This document shows, piece by piece, positions 25,621 to 38,460 of a stretch of DNA of 64,000 bases; position 1 is the first letter of the stretch; each line of letters starts with the position of its first letter. Both the position numbers and the translations under genes were made by a program. The stretch spans positions 336,582-400,581 of the forward strand of contig NC_068995.1 in NCBI RefSeq assembly GCF_001194135.2, in the 5' to 3' direction. The DNA comes from Octopus bimaculoides. Its lineage: Eukaryota. Under the pieces are notes generated by a model. It saw only the letters and a program-made list of their open reading frames with translations. It had not been told where the DNA came from and made no database searches.

Positions 25621-27914
25621 AACATTAAATACTCTGACTGAGACACATTGAACAGTAACGGTGTTTCCTCACAAGCACACGCGAACACCTACATAAACAA
25701 ACGCGCGCGCGCATACACAAATACAAACACAATCACGTAGACATACATATATAGACACAGTCAATTAGATAAGAGCTTTCAACAGGTTTGAATGTAAATC
25801 ATCCCACCTGGCAGCCATCGTCATTGATCACGTGTCAAAAGATATGGAGGGTGACTTAAAGAAAAGCAGACGACAAATCTATGTCTGCTGCTCACATTTT
25901 ACAGATGGTATCTTGTGTGTGAGTGTGTGCGATTGTAAACGTGTTATGTAACATGACGAGCAAATCTGTTGTTGTCATCCTATTATATATGGTCTTTAAC
26001 TTCTGCGTTTGAACACGAAAGCCCTACCATAAACTTTTCTTACATACATACAGACATACATACATGTAAACCTGTATATATGTAACTTGAAAATAGTTAT
26101 ATTCCTATGTTCAATCAAATAATGAAAAATATTTCTTTAATCAGTCTTTTTTCTCATTCGTAAACCTAGACTTCTTCACAACATTGTTATTACTGTTGTT
26201 TCTGCTGCTTTTCAGTCACATCAGTTAGCTATCATTGACCAGACGACAATCTTATGTTCAACCGCTTTTTAGCTGTGACCAACTAACCTTTTATTAAAGC
26301 AATGTGTATTTCGGACTGCATTGCTCAATAGGTAATGTCTTTCTTAAACTGGTGGTCTGTGAGTTGAGGGAGATTTAGCTTCCATTGTTAGGAACTTGCC
26401 TGACCACTTAGATATTCTTTTGTTGATACATTGTTTTATATTTTTCTGTGCCACATCGTCTGATAATTCTAGCTGGTTAAATTAGACACAATGATGTGCC
26501 ATCAGAGGTACCTATATATGGTTGGGGTGATCCAACGTGATATACCTGCCATATCTTAAATTACAATCCAGGAAGGCCCAATTAGATAGCATAATACTAG
26601 ATACGTATACCTGAAAAAGATGGAGCTGTCACGGCTAAAACACCTTTTGATCATAGACCAGTTTTAAGAGGATTCACCCCTGGCCAAGCAAAAATAAGAC
26701 GAGGAGCAACTGAGGAGACAGAAAATCGGACGACATGCCACTTAGCACTTTGCCCGGCGGGTTAACGTTTCGGCCAACTCACCTTATTAATGCTAACACT
26801 AATTGCTGAATAGATATTTCATTTATTATTTTATTACAATCTTAATCTCTCTCTCATACAAAATCAAAAAAGGTCCGCTCCATGGGGTCACTTAGTATGC
26901 TAAAAATAGCAGGGATCACGTGGCTCTAAACAGTAAAACTTCAACATAATTGTGATTAAAATATCAAAATGAAGAAAAAAGTGAAGTTGCATGAAATATC
27001 TGTTTCCCCTCATTTTTTTTCACATTAAATTCCTATATAATTGTAATGCAAACAATCTGAAAGTTATTTGTAGAAAATTTAAATAAAAAATAGCCATTTT
27101 TCCGAGGAAACACAATTAAGGAGTGTGAATTATCCAAAACTCCTCTCCGAAACAGATTTTCTCAACAAATTGTGATATAATCGTAACCTACGCCACCTAA
27201 AAAGCATTTGTAAAGCTTGGCAATGATTAATATACATTTTTCAGAAAGTCATGAAGAGAAAAAAAATCGGTGGGGCATATTTCTGCAGCTATGCTTTGAA
27301 TCTACTAAACGAGTGAGTACTATTAAGCGAATAAAGGATTGGAATGAAAACAAAACGAAACAAAAATTACACAAACTGTGAATCAAATACGTAAATATAA
27401 TTTAGCAATTAGTGGAAAACTTTCTGGAAGGCGGTCTATCTATCTATCAGCCCGTTTATCTCTCTGTCTGTTTATTTGCCTGCCTGCCTATCTATCCATC
27501 TATGTATCTATGGGCCTGTCTATCTATCAGTTGTCTATCTATGGGCCTGCCTATCTATCTGCCTGTCTATCTATCTATCTGCCTATCTGCATTTGGCATT
27601 CATGTATGCATATCAATGACATTAATTAGTCTCTATATTTTCTCCCTCCAATATACAACCCCCAGCCCCTTCTCCTTTCCTCTTAAGCCACGCCCCTCTT
27701 TTCTAACTCTCCAGTTCTAAACCTATAATTAGGGACTCTGCTGAAATGTAGCTCTTGCTTCAGACATACATAAGGAATGTATGGATATGTTTGTGCGCAT
27801 GTAGTATGTACTCTAGTGAGTATGTGTAACCGTTTACTCGTACGTCTTCACATTTGTGCGTGTGTGTATGGGTGTGATCATATATAGATAAAATCATAAA
27901 TATGCAATATTCTC

Positions 27915-27955
<41 letters not shown>

Positions 27956-28044
27956 CAAGAAATAATATTTGTCTCTTCTGATTGAAGCAAAAGGGGTTTC
28001 TAGGACTGCAAAAGAATTGCTCAAATAGAAAAGAGACGAAGATA

Positions 28045-29182
28045 AAGAAGCATTGGTTACAGAAGAAACATTAAATTTGGGTCAACGACTTTACATACAA
28101 CCCCACCCCTCAAATATTGAATCATATATAAAAAAAAAATACACCATGGTCTACAAACACATAAAAAATAATACATATACATAAAATCACAGAATGTAAA
28201 AATATATATATTCTAATAAAATACAAATNNNNNNNNNNNNNNNNNNNNNNNNNNNNNNNNNNNNNNNNNNNNNNNNNNNNNNNNNNNNNNNNNNNNNNNN
28301 NNNNNNNNNNNNNNNNNNNNNNNNNNNNNNNNNNNNNNNNNNNNNNNNNNNNNNNNNNNNNNNNNNNNNNNNNNNNNNNNNNNNNNNNNNNNNNNNNNNN
28401 NNNNNNNNNNNNNNNNNNNNNNNNNNNNNNNNNNNNNNNNNNNNNNNNNNNNNNNNNNNNNNNNNNNNNNNNNNNNNNNNNNNNNNNNNNNNNNNNNNNN
28501 NNNNNNNNNNNNNNNNNNNNNNNNNNNNNNNNNNNNNNNNNNNNNNNNNNNNNNNNNNNNNNNNNNNNNNNNNNNNNNNNNNNNNNNNNNNNNNNNNNNN
28601 NNNNNNNNNNNNNNNNNNNNNNNNNNNNNNNNNNNATAAACGGGGAAACAGGAGAGACACACATCAAAATTTTGAAAAAAAAATCTTAATACTTTTTTAT
28701 GATACAATTTAATAGAAAAACCCAGAAACGGACGAGTCCAAATTTTCTAAAAAAAAAGTCTACTGCTAAACATTTAGGTGGCTGTAGTTAGCAGAAATTC
28801 AGCCTTGCCGGTTTCAAATCCCCGTAACGCCAAACAATTCTATTACATCTACTTTTATTTCTATATACTTTCAAAAAGGTGGACGAAAACCTATATTTTA
28901 ATCGTCTGATATTTAATCGGTGGATATTTTTTTTTATTTTTACCTTTACTTATTTTATATTTGTCTGTTAGGTTTTTTGGTAGTTTTTGAATTTTTAACC
29001 GTTCATATTTAACATTTTTGATCGGCCGTTCTATTTGTATTTTATTCGATTATATACTTTTACCTTCTGTGATTTCATGTATCTGTATTATTTTATTTAT
29101 GTGTGATTAAATGTTTGAGGGGTAGGGTTGTATGTAAAGTCGTTGACCCAAATTTAATGTTTCTTCTATAACCAATGCTTCT

Positions 29183-29183
<1 letters not shown>
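28045..29183. mobile_element. Foldback/MITE-like element with long terminal inverted repeats
   Basis: AAGAAGCATTGGTTACAGAAGAAACATTAAATTTGGGTCAACGACTTTACATACAACCC at 28045 and its reverse complement (one mismatch) ending at 29183; inverted similarity continues to the gap at 28229; TA on both flanks. Confidence 0.8.
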
Positions 29184-29232
<49 letters not shown>

Positions 29233-29249
29233 ATACATATATATATATA

Positions 29250-29590
29250 TATATATATGTACATGACCAACTGAGAGTAAGCATATTGTCTAAGCCTCTC
29301 GTTCTTGGTCGACTGCAAGGTTTTCTGCCAGTCGGCTCAGCTTTAAGAATCCGTCTTGTGATTCTTGACATTGGCATTCTAAACGCATGTCCGCAACTTG
29401 GAGTAGAAACGGCACCATTTGGAGAGATTCGCTGATCTCCGAGAAGAAATCTTCGAGATACTCATTCTTCGGGAGAATCCTAGTTTGGCCGTTTGCATTC
29501 GTGATCGCATTCTTTCGGTCAATACCCAACATTCATGACCATAAGTGAGGATAGGCACAGAAACAGAATTGAAGGAAACGACGTCAGATT
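29250..29590 (-). mobile_element. RTE-type LINE 3' fragment (RT C-terminus)
   Basis: SVPILTYGHECWVLTERMRSRMQTAKLGF and MPMSRITRRILKAEPTGRKPCSRPRTRGLDN. Confidence 0.85.
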
Positions 29591-29619
29591 GAAAAAAAAA
29601 AATCAAGATTGTCCTATTA

Positions 29620-30480
29620 AGGGATACATAGGCGTCCCGGGGAACGCTGTCATCCCCGTCACTATAAAGAGTATCAGTTGTTTCTTTTATTAACACTTTT
29701 GTTCTTAATTTCAATATTAAATAATTATATAAAATAATGTTTATGTGTTTAATATAGTTATATGATGTGTTCCCCATATTCTTCGTGTGGTCTTTGGTGA
29801 ATTTTGGAGAAATACCCGATAAAGATGTCTGTTACCCCTTTTAATATGGGTTTATCATTTGGGGTTATACTTGTGACAAGGGGTGTTGTATGACCATTGT
29901 TTGCTGTTAGTTATTCCATCGAGTGATTTTACTGTTAGTTTTGTAATTTCCCTATGGTTTATTTTCATTATTTCATTGTCTAATTTTATTTCTTTATATT
30001 TGTGTTATTTCTGTTATACATATATTGCATGTGATGTTGGTTTATTGTGTTTGCGGTTGCCCCTAGATTTTTTTATGAGGTCGGCCATTTCTGAAGTGTA
30101 ATCGAGATTGTATCTTTTATGATATTTGTTTAAATGAAGCTATAATTGTCTCGTTGAATGTGTCTGACTTATTAATCGTAATGCTGTTGATTTCTGAAAG
30201 CCTTGATTTATTTCCTGGCGGAGCTGGTTGCGTTGCGTTCTTTAAAGTTTGCAAACGTGTTGTTGCTTTGTTCAGTGATGTGTGTTATTAGATTATTATT
30301 ATTATGATGGTAGAGAGGCTGTCAGACAAGAAGTTGGCAATATTTGCGGTTGGTAGGTCTTTTGTTGCAGAAAGACAGGTCGGGTGAAATCTCTTTGTAG
30401 TTAGGCCGGTAAGGTATTTGTATGCAGCGAAATCGGCTATTTTGGGGGTAAAAGGAGCTCAGTTCGGATTCGATTGCGTT
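29620..30480 (-). mobile_element. Highly degenerate reverse-transcriptase-like remnant, possibly Penelope-like
   Basis: Pieces ITINKSD...KIQSRL, GYFSKIHQ and TTDTLYSD loosely resemble the PLE motifs IKPADKG, LPKIHK and DVTSLYTN, in the expected order. Confidence 0.3.
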
Positions 30481-30627
30481 ACTTCATATATTATCAGTTT
30501 CGTTTGAAAACCAGGATGTATTGCATTGAATTTCGTTTTCACACTCTCCCAATTACTATCCCATCAGAGTGTAAAGGTGTTGCAGCTTGGAGGCACGTTT
30601 GGCACAGTCGGTAGTCGTGGGCATCCC

Positions 30628-30761
<134 letters not shown>

Positions 30762-30829
30762 TACGCATATATATGATGCTTCGTGTGACTAATTATAGAA
30801 TCTAAAGTATTTCTAGAAGCTTCTCTCTT

Positions 30830-31110
30830 ATATGGTTCCCAACCTGAACAAGATATCGGAGGCATCTCAGTAAGCTGGAAATGTTCCACCCGAGATACCC
30901 GAGGGAAATCATGCGCATCCAGTGGCAGAAGAGACGAAGAAATCTCAGCATGCTGAAACCATAATGATGTACGATCAGTTTCGACGGGATGGCCACGACG
31001 TCTGAGTTGTGGATTATCGGCTGATCAAACAGCTGAAGGGAAGAATGAACACGCAAGGCGACTCGAAGACGAACTGAGAGGAAGTCTGGAAAGAAATGCA
31101 GCCTCGATGG
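30830..31110 (+). mobile_element. RTE-clade LINE 3' fragment
   Basis: YRRHLSKLEMFHPRY.REIMRIQWQ...N...DQFRRDGH...DYRLIKQL resembles RTE YRRH..LE.FH...LR.I..I.WQD...N...RW.GH...RL.KQL. Confidence 0.7.
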
Positions 31111-31595
31111 AGTTTGTGACTATTCGGGGAAAAGATGTCATCGACACCGGAGTCCAGCATTTTGACGTATTTCAGACCAAACATCTCAACGTGAATGCTT
31201 ATACAGAGAGTGGCTCGAAGCAGCCAACGTAGCGCTTCTTCTGCAACACAAGCAATGCTCAGATTGAATTCGGATTTGTGGGTCACTATTTGATTTACAT
31301 AGATGCGTGCGGTTCCATGAAATTTAATATTACGTGAAATACATTTTCAACTGAGAGATTTTCGAGAGCCATGGTAAAACCGATTAAGCGATATTTACAA
31401 TCTTAAAAGACATCTCCACAGAGTAAATAAAAGCAAAGTCTAGAGAAACGAATGGCTTAAATACTTCGTACATTTGTGTAAGTTACTATATGTCCATTCA
31501 TGTCCGTATTTGTTCGTATATGTCTGTTATGCCTTCGTACATGTCTACATATGTTCGTATGCATTCGTATATGTTCGTATATCGCGTGGAGAGGG

Positions 31596-31629
31596 GACCA
31601 ATGAGGTTTCGAGCAAACACTATCGTCAG
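31596..31629 (-). ncRNA. Degenerate hammerhead-like motif
   Basis: Minus strand CTGACGA-tagtgtttgctc-GAAA-cc-tcatt-gg-TC; stem III and GTC present, stem II has a closing mismatch, no stem I. Confidence 0.3.
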
Positions 31630-31703
31630 AAAGAAGCGTTTTATGAGGTTACACAAATTTAATAACTCTACACACTGATGCTCTATGTATTCTTATATAC
31701 ATA

Positions 31704-31737
<34 letters not shown>

Positions 31738-32564
31738 NNNNNNNNNNNNNNNNNNNNNNNNNNNNNNNNNNNNNNNNNNNNNNNNNNNNNNNNNNNNNNN
31801 NNNNNNNNNNNNNNNNNNNNNNNNNNNNNNNNNNNNNNNNNNNNNNNNNNNNNNNNNNNNNNNNNNNNNNNNNNNNNNNNNNNNNNNNNNNNNNNNNNNN
31901 NNNNNNNNNNNNNNNNNNNNNNNNNNNNNNNNNNNNNNNNNNNNNNNNNNNNNNNNNNNNNNNNNNNNNNNNNNNNNNNNNNNNNNNNNNNNNNNNNNNN
32001 NNNNNNNNNNNNNNNNNNNNNNNNNNNNNNNNNNNNNNNNNNNNNNNNNNNNNNNNNNNNNNNNNNNNNNNNNNNNNNNNNNNNNNNNNNNNNNNNNNNN
32101 NNNNNNNNNNNNNNNNNNNNNNNNNNNNNNNNNNNNNNNNNNNNNNNNNNNNNNNNNNNNNNNNNNNNNNNNNNNNNNNNNNNNNNNNNNNNNNNNNNNN
32201 NNNNNNCAAACAAACTTGACTCGGTGTGACTTGGAAGAGTATTTTGTTTCTTAAAATATATATATCTGGTCATTAAAATGCAATAAATATCAGAATATGA
32301 GAATTTTGGTTTTTGATTATAAAACTTCGAATAAATAAATTTGTAGAAAATGTAAGTAAAAATATCGATACATTATAAATTGAAAATAGAAATTTTTCTA
32401 ATTGAATTAATATTAAATTTCTTTTTGATAATATGATTCTATATGTGAAAAAAAAAAAAAAAATAAGGAAACACGTGAATATTTTAATTAAATGAATAGT
32501 TAATCAAAACTTGGAACGAAGACCTTTAACACCGAGAAATTATATTTCTTTCTTTTTTTAGTGA

Positions 32565-32725
32565 TCTTGTTTCAGTCATCGGATTGCGGCAATGCTGGAG
32601 CACCGCACTGAACGGTTCAAATAAATCGATCCAACTACTCACGTTCTTTTAACATTTTTTAGTCTGGGACTTATACTAACGTTCATTCTTTGCCGAACTG
32701 ATAGATTGCAGGGATGTAAACAAAC
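32565..32725 (-). mobile_element. SINE family A, 3' fragment
   Basis: ttgtttcagtcatcggattgcggcaatgctggagcaccgc...aaatcgatcc...ttgccgaactg. Confidence 0.7.
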
Positions 32726-32744
32726 TGACACAGGTTGTGAAGTG

Positions 32745-32930
32745 GTATCTACCTATCTATCTATTTATCCATCTATCCATCCATCTATCCATCTATCTCT
32801 TTCTAGCTATCCATTTATCTATCTATCTATCCATCTATCTATCTCTTTCTATCTATCCATCCATCCATCCATCTATCTATCCGTCCATCCATACATCTAT
32901 CTATCCATCTATCCGTCCATCCAACCATCT
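32745..32930. repeat. (CTAT)n/(CCAT)n tetranucleotide microsatellite
   Basis: Direct reading of sequence. Confidence 0.9.
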
Positions 32931-33457
32931 AAAAACACTGCGTCTGTCTGTCCAGACGACAGGAGTCACAGTCATGAAAACTATGAAAAGGGTCATTCTT
33001 TATTCCCTTCGCACATTTTCATTGAGGTTTCTGATCACTAAACATCAGAGCTTCACCACTCCAATCTACCCACATCTAACGTTACCAGTCCACCCCTTAC
33101 TACTACGAAACCCGCCAGCTTTTTTCTCCATCTCTTTTTCACTGGCCACATTTCCCGACCACCCCCGGCGTTTTCAAAGAAAATATTAACTATAAGAAAA
33201 TAGAATTGTCATAAACGCTTACCGCAAATTTCCCTTTATTGTCACCACAGAACGCCATTAATATCGTTATTATCCATATTGTTATTGTTACCGTTATTAT
33301 TATTATTATTATTATTATTGTTATTGCGATTTTTTTTTTAATTTTATGGTTGACATAAATGTTGTTGCTTTTGTTGTTAATATAATTTCGATTTTAAGGT
33401 GCAGCTTCTATCTATCTGTCTGTCTTTATATTTATTTCTCTTTTATTCTTCACTATA

Positions 33458-33489
<32 letters not shown>

Positions 33490-33539
33490 TCCTCCCCACT
33501 CCTCTCCATCTCTCTTTTTCTTTCTCTGTCTCTCTCTCA

Positions 33540-33594
<55 letters not shown>

Positions 33595-33798
33595 GTTCCT
33601 CCCCCTCCCCATCCTGTAATGTCTGGCTCTGTCATTCTTTATTTCTCTTTGTAGATTATTGTCTGATTGTGGAGAACAACAATGACAAATAAATCATAAA
33701 TATAAAGAAGAAATGAAAATTATTATATTATAATTATTATTAGGATAAATTGTAGTCTTGTGTCTACCTAACACACACCAACAACAGGGTGTGCGTGC

Positions 33799-33834
<36 letters not shown>

Positions 33835-34516
33835 GTCTATGTATATATATATATATATTAAATATATTTTATATATATGAATACATGTGTGTGTGTGTGT
33901 GTGGTGGGGTGCGCGCTCGCGTGTGTGTGTGTACGTTTGTGTGCATGGGTGCATGTGTGAGTAAATATCACAAGGTCACACAATAACTAAAATAAACGTT
34001 TCAATTCTGAGATGAGAGATCATTTGGTAAAATATAATGGCACACGTACACATACAGAGAAACGTATGCGCTATGGACGTGTGTGTGTGTGTGTGAAGTA
34101 AATAGGTGTGTTTGTGTGTTTACACACGGTCAATTATATAATTATCTATGCAAATATATTTGCATGCATATATTATATGCTTCAGAAATAACACACACAC
34201 ACACACATGGTTGCATGTATGACGGAAGAGATAAGCGTTTATTTACCGGTGTATGTATGTGTGTGTCTATATGTGTATGCGTGCGAGTGTATATGTATGT
34301 GTGCGTGTGTATATGAGTGGGTGCGTACTTATGAGCGTAAGTACGTATGTAAATATATGGATCCATTCTCTTGGTGGGGGGAGGACGAAAGCCCCAAAAT
34401 GTTCAAAGTTTATATTTTAATTATATTAAGTGATGAGTAAATTTGACTTTAAAGCCGTTGACACGAAATGGTTTCCTCCTACGAAATAAGACTGGTTCTA
34501 TAAATACATACAGATA

Positions 34517-35766
34517 CGAGGGAGAGTCCAAAATTACACGCAGCCTTGTTTTTCAATGTATTTACACAAAAACAGGGGATAAACAAGTACGTCATTTTTC
34601 TGAATAGTCTCCTTCCTTTTCGATGCATTTGGTCCAGCGGTCCACAAACTTGCATATTCGCTCCAAGAAAAAGGTTATGCACCGCTTCTTTCACATCTTC
34701 ATACGTAGGAAATCGACGACCTCGTAAACCATCTTTGAACAGCCCAAGGTTATAATCGTCGGAAGGATCGAGATCGTGGTTAATGGTTTCGAGATCTTGG
34801 CTAATGGTGTGTGTGTGGGGGGGGGGTGCATTGTGATGCAGCAGTAAAACTTCCTGCGGAAATAGGCTTCGGCTTTTGGTGCGAATTGCTTCAGTTTCTT
34901 GCCCAGCAAAGCACTGTATCTTGCACTGCTGATCGTACACCCCCCTCTTCTACGTAGTCTTCCAGTACAAACCCTTTTAACTCCCCAAAATGGGTTAGCA
35001 TTGCCTTTCCCGCGGAAGACTGAGTCTTGAATTTCTTCGACGCTGACGAGCCAGGACGTTTCCTTTCCGTTCTCTGTCATTTGGATTCTGCCTCGTAATG
35101 ATGGACACACGTTTCATCTGTGACTATTCTGCTCAAAAATCCCTCGCCTTCATTGTTGTAGCGATCGAGTAAACGTTGGCAGGCTTCAAGACGTCTGCGC
35201 TTGTGCTCTGCAGTCAGCTCTCTCGGCGCCCGTCTTGCACAGACTTGATGGAAGCCGAGCTCATCGTGGGTGATTTGATCGGCAGAACCATGACTCATCT
35301 TCAGAGCTCGGGCTACCACATCGAGGATAACTCGTCGGTTCGCCATTACCATCACTCGAGTTTGCTGAATCTTTTCGTCAGCGGTGGAGGTTGACGGGCG
35401 TCCAGCTCTCTCTTCGTGCGTCACGCTTGTCCGGCCACTTTTTAACTTCTCCCTCCACTCATATACACTTCTACACGGTAGTGCACTGCACCTCTACTCT
35501 GCTAAAAGACTGATGAATTACAGCACCGGACACACCTTCCGGTCAGAGAAATCCGATCGCTGCTCTTTGTTCTTCTTTGGTGCACATTGTTAACGAAGCA
35601 GCCGTGCTTACATTGAAAAGCCAAAGAGAAAAGGGGCGCGACCAGGCTCAAGCTTCGATCACGGGACACAATAACACCAAATATAAGCACGCATGCGCAG
35701 AAGACAGTGTGACAATAATAAAGACATATTATGGTGAAAGTGCGGATAATTTTTGACTTCTTCTCG
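34517..35766 (-). mobile_element. Full-length degenerate mariner transposon (1250 bp)
   Basis: TIRs CGAGGGAGAGTCCAAAATTACACGCA (34517) and reverse complement CGAGAAGAAGTCAAAAATTATCCGCA (ends 35766); TA TSD both sides; transposase pieces RAGRPST, VCARRAPRELT, FLSRIVTDETCVHHYEAESK, LLHHNAP, GLRGRRF. Confidence 0.92.
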
Positions 35767-35961
35767 TACATACGTAGTCATACACATGTAATCATACATA
35801 CACACATGCACACACACACACACATATACATATACACATGCATATACTTATATATGTATTGGGTCATCCCATAAATAATGCGGTTTCTCAATTACATCGG
35901 AGGGGGGCGGCGGGAAGATCTGTAGCGCTCGACAACGACGTCTTGCTGGAGCGCTACAGAT

Positions 35962-36074
35962 GGAACGAAAAGCTGGAGCGAAAAGCCGGAATGAGAAGCC
36001 GGAACGAAAAGCCGGAACGAAAAGCTGGAGCAAAAAGCTGGGATGAAAAGCCGGAACGAAAAGCCGGAACGAAA
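35962..36074 (+). repeat. 13-bp minisatellite (GGAACGAAAAGCC) x~8.7
   Basis: Units read directly at 35962, 35975, 35988, 36001, 36014, 36027, 36040, 36053, 36066. Confidence 0.9.
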
Positions 36075-36151
36075 TACTGCTAAGCATTTTATCTCACAAT
36101 TCTGCCAGCGCGCGGCACTTTTCAGCAACTACAAATAAATAATGGACAATA

Positions 36152-36585
36152 TAGGCGCAGGAGTGGCTGTGTGGTAAGTAGCTTGCTTACCAATCACATG
36201 GTTCCGGGTTCAGTCCCACTGCGCGGAGCCTTGGGGGTGTGTCTTCTACTATAGCCTCGGGCGGACCAAAGCCCTGTGAGTTGATTTCGTAGACGGAAAC
36301 TGAAAGCAGTCCGTCGTAAATATGTATAAATATATATANNNNNNNNNNNNNNNNNNNNNNNNNNNNNNNNNNNNNNGTGTGTGTGTGTATGTTTGTGTGT
36401 TTGTCGCCCCAACACAACCGAAGGTGGTGTCTTTACGTCCCCGTAACTTAGCGGTTCGGCAAAAGAGATCGATAGAATAAGTACTAGGCTTATAAAGAAT
36501 AAGTACTGGGGTCGATTTGTTCGACTAAAGGCGGTGCTCCAGCATGGCCACAGTCAAATGACTGAAACAAGTAAAAGAGTAATAT
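36152..36585 (+). mobile_element. tRNA-derived SINE family A, near full length (spans a small gap)
   Basis: ggcgcaggagtggctgtgtggtaag (A box)...ccgggttcagtccc (B box)...internal (TA)/(GT) tract...ggcggtgctccagcatggccacagtcaaatgactgaaacaagtaaaag. Confidence 0.9.
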
Positions 36586-36974
36586 GCAAATGTTTATCAA
36601 GAAAAGCAGAAAGGTTTTTTGATAAACAAAATGTCGATCTGAGATCGCAGATAACTTGACAGCAATTATGAAATAGAGCGGCAGATGCAATAATGAAAAA
36701 TCGAATTGCTATATGAAGACTAAAGCTTAAGCAAGTGCAAGAAGACCCCACCTATCCTTCCATGCATGCAAACAAGCCAGCTTTTGTCATTAAATTAAAT
36801 TAAGATTATCTGTAGCAGTAACAAGGAACGCCACTTCCTGGAACATGTGAAAAATATCAGAAACCTCATGGCAAGTATAAACAGTTGAAGGAGGAAGATA
36901 TGAGGCCATGCTGGAGTAAGAACATTAATGCGATGTAAATATTGATTTCAAAGTTTGTGACAAGGGCAGAGTAG

Positions 36975-37130
36975 ATTTTTAGGGATAAGTCGACCCTTAG
37001 TGTTCAACTTGTGCTAATTTTAATGAAACCTGAAAGACTGAAAGGGAAAATCGGTCTCGGCAGAATTTGACCTCACAGCGTAACCGCCGACGAAATACCG
37101 CAAAGCATTTTGCCCTCCACAGTAATGGCG
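36975..37130 (-). mobile_element. SINE family B, degenerate
   Basis: gtcgacccttag...ctcggcagaatttgacctcacagcgtaac...gaaataccgcaaagcattt. Confidence 0.65.
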
Positions 37131-37505
37131 GTGGCGATCGTGCTGCTGCTGCTGCTGATAATGATGGTGATGATGATGATGACGGTCATCATACTAGCGG
37201 TTGTGATGCTGATACGGATTTGGTTGCTGATGAGGAAAGTGATGTCTAGGAAGGAAGAAAAGACACACCTCTCGAATTTTATATCTTAAAACGGTGACGC
37301 TTCTGCTAGAAATGGCAGTTAAATCTTCCTAAAATCATACTGTAACATCTTTATCAGAAACAGGAAAGTGTTACCGTTTCAGGCGGTAGTTTTAAGTGTA
37401 CAAGAGATGACAAGATGGTCACGGGTGGAACATTTATGAAAGAGATTACAACAAAACATGAAAATCTCTCACAGCAAAGGCATGAAAATAACTACTACTA
37501 CTACG

Positions 37506-37555
<50 letters not shown>

Positions 37556-37773
37556 CACAACTACTGTTACTGAAGCTGCTGCTCAGAAATATAAAATATT
37601 GCTATTTAATTGCAAGCTTCGTTTTTGTTGACAAACGTTACTATTAGCAACAGGAATTAGTAAATTGTGCCTTATCTCCCTTGTCAATAAACCTTGCGTT
37701 ATACACATACATACATACGTACATAGATAGATAGATAGATACATACATACATACATACACGCGCATATGTGTG

Positions 37774-37878
<105 letters not shown>

Positions 37879-38329
37879 TATATATAGATATATATAGATA
37901 TATTTATATACGTGTACATGTATATCTATGTATGTGTGTGTGTATATATATACATATATGTATGTATGTTTGTATGTATGTATGTATGTGTGTATGTGTA
38001 GATATATCTGTTTTCGGATCTCATGTGCAGGTAACTATTTCTACCTATCTATCTCTCTTTCTCTCTCTCTCTCCCTCTCACTTTCTCTCTCTCCCTCTCT
38101 CTTTCTCTCTCTCCCTCTCTCTCTCCCTCTCTCTTTTTTTCTCTCTCTCTCTCTCCACACACATATGCACATACATACATATACATGAGTCTACATGAGC
38201 CCATGGTGCCAAGGAACCAGATCTTTTGCTCGTTTCCGAGGTACTGCAATGACAGAATACGATTTTGTCTTCTGAGTATAAGACAAGTCCTTCGTTGGTT
38301 CAATTCCCAACTACTGCTTTTACGCATTT

Positions 38330-38460
38330 CCAGTTGACTCGACTGATATAATCGAATATGAAGTGTGTTGATCAATAACACCATGCACCACGTGGGACAA
38401 GAATTGAAACCATGACCAAGTGATTGGGAACCCAACAACCTAATCACTAGGCTACCGCGT
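38330..38460 (-). mobile_element. SINE family A-like 5' fragment
   Basis: caccatgcaccacgtgggacaagaattgaaaccatgacc...taatcactaggctacc resembles a reversed tRNA head. Confidence 0.5.

Noticed and set aside
35511-35560. CTGATGA...GAAA inside the mariner 5' region
   Set aside because: The ccgga/tccgg stem is not adjacent to the core, and stems I and III do not form.
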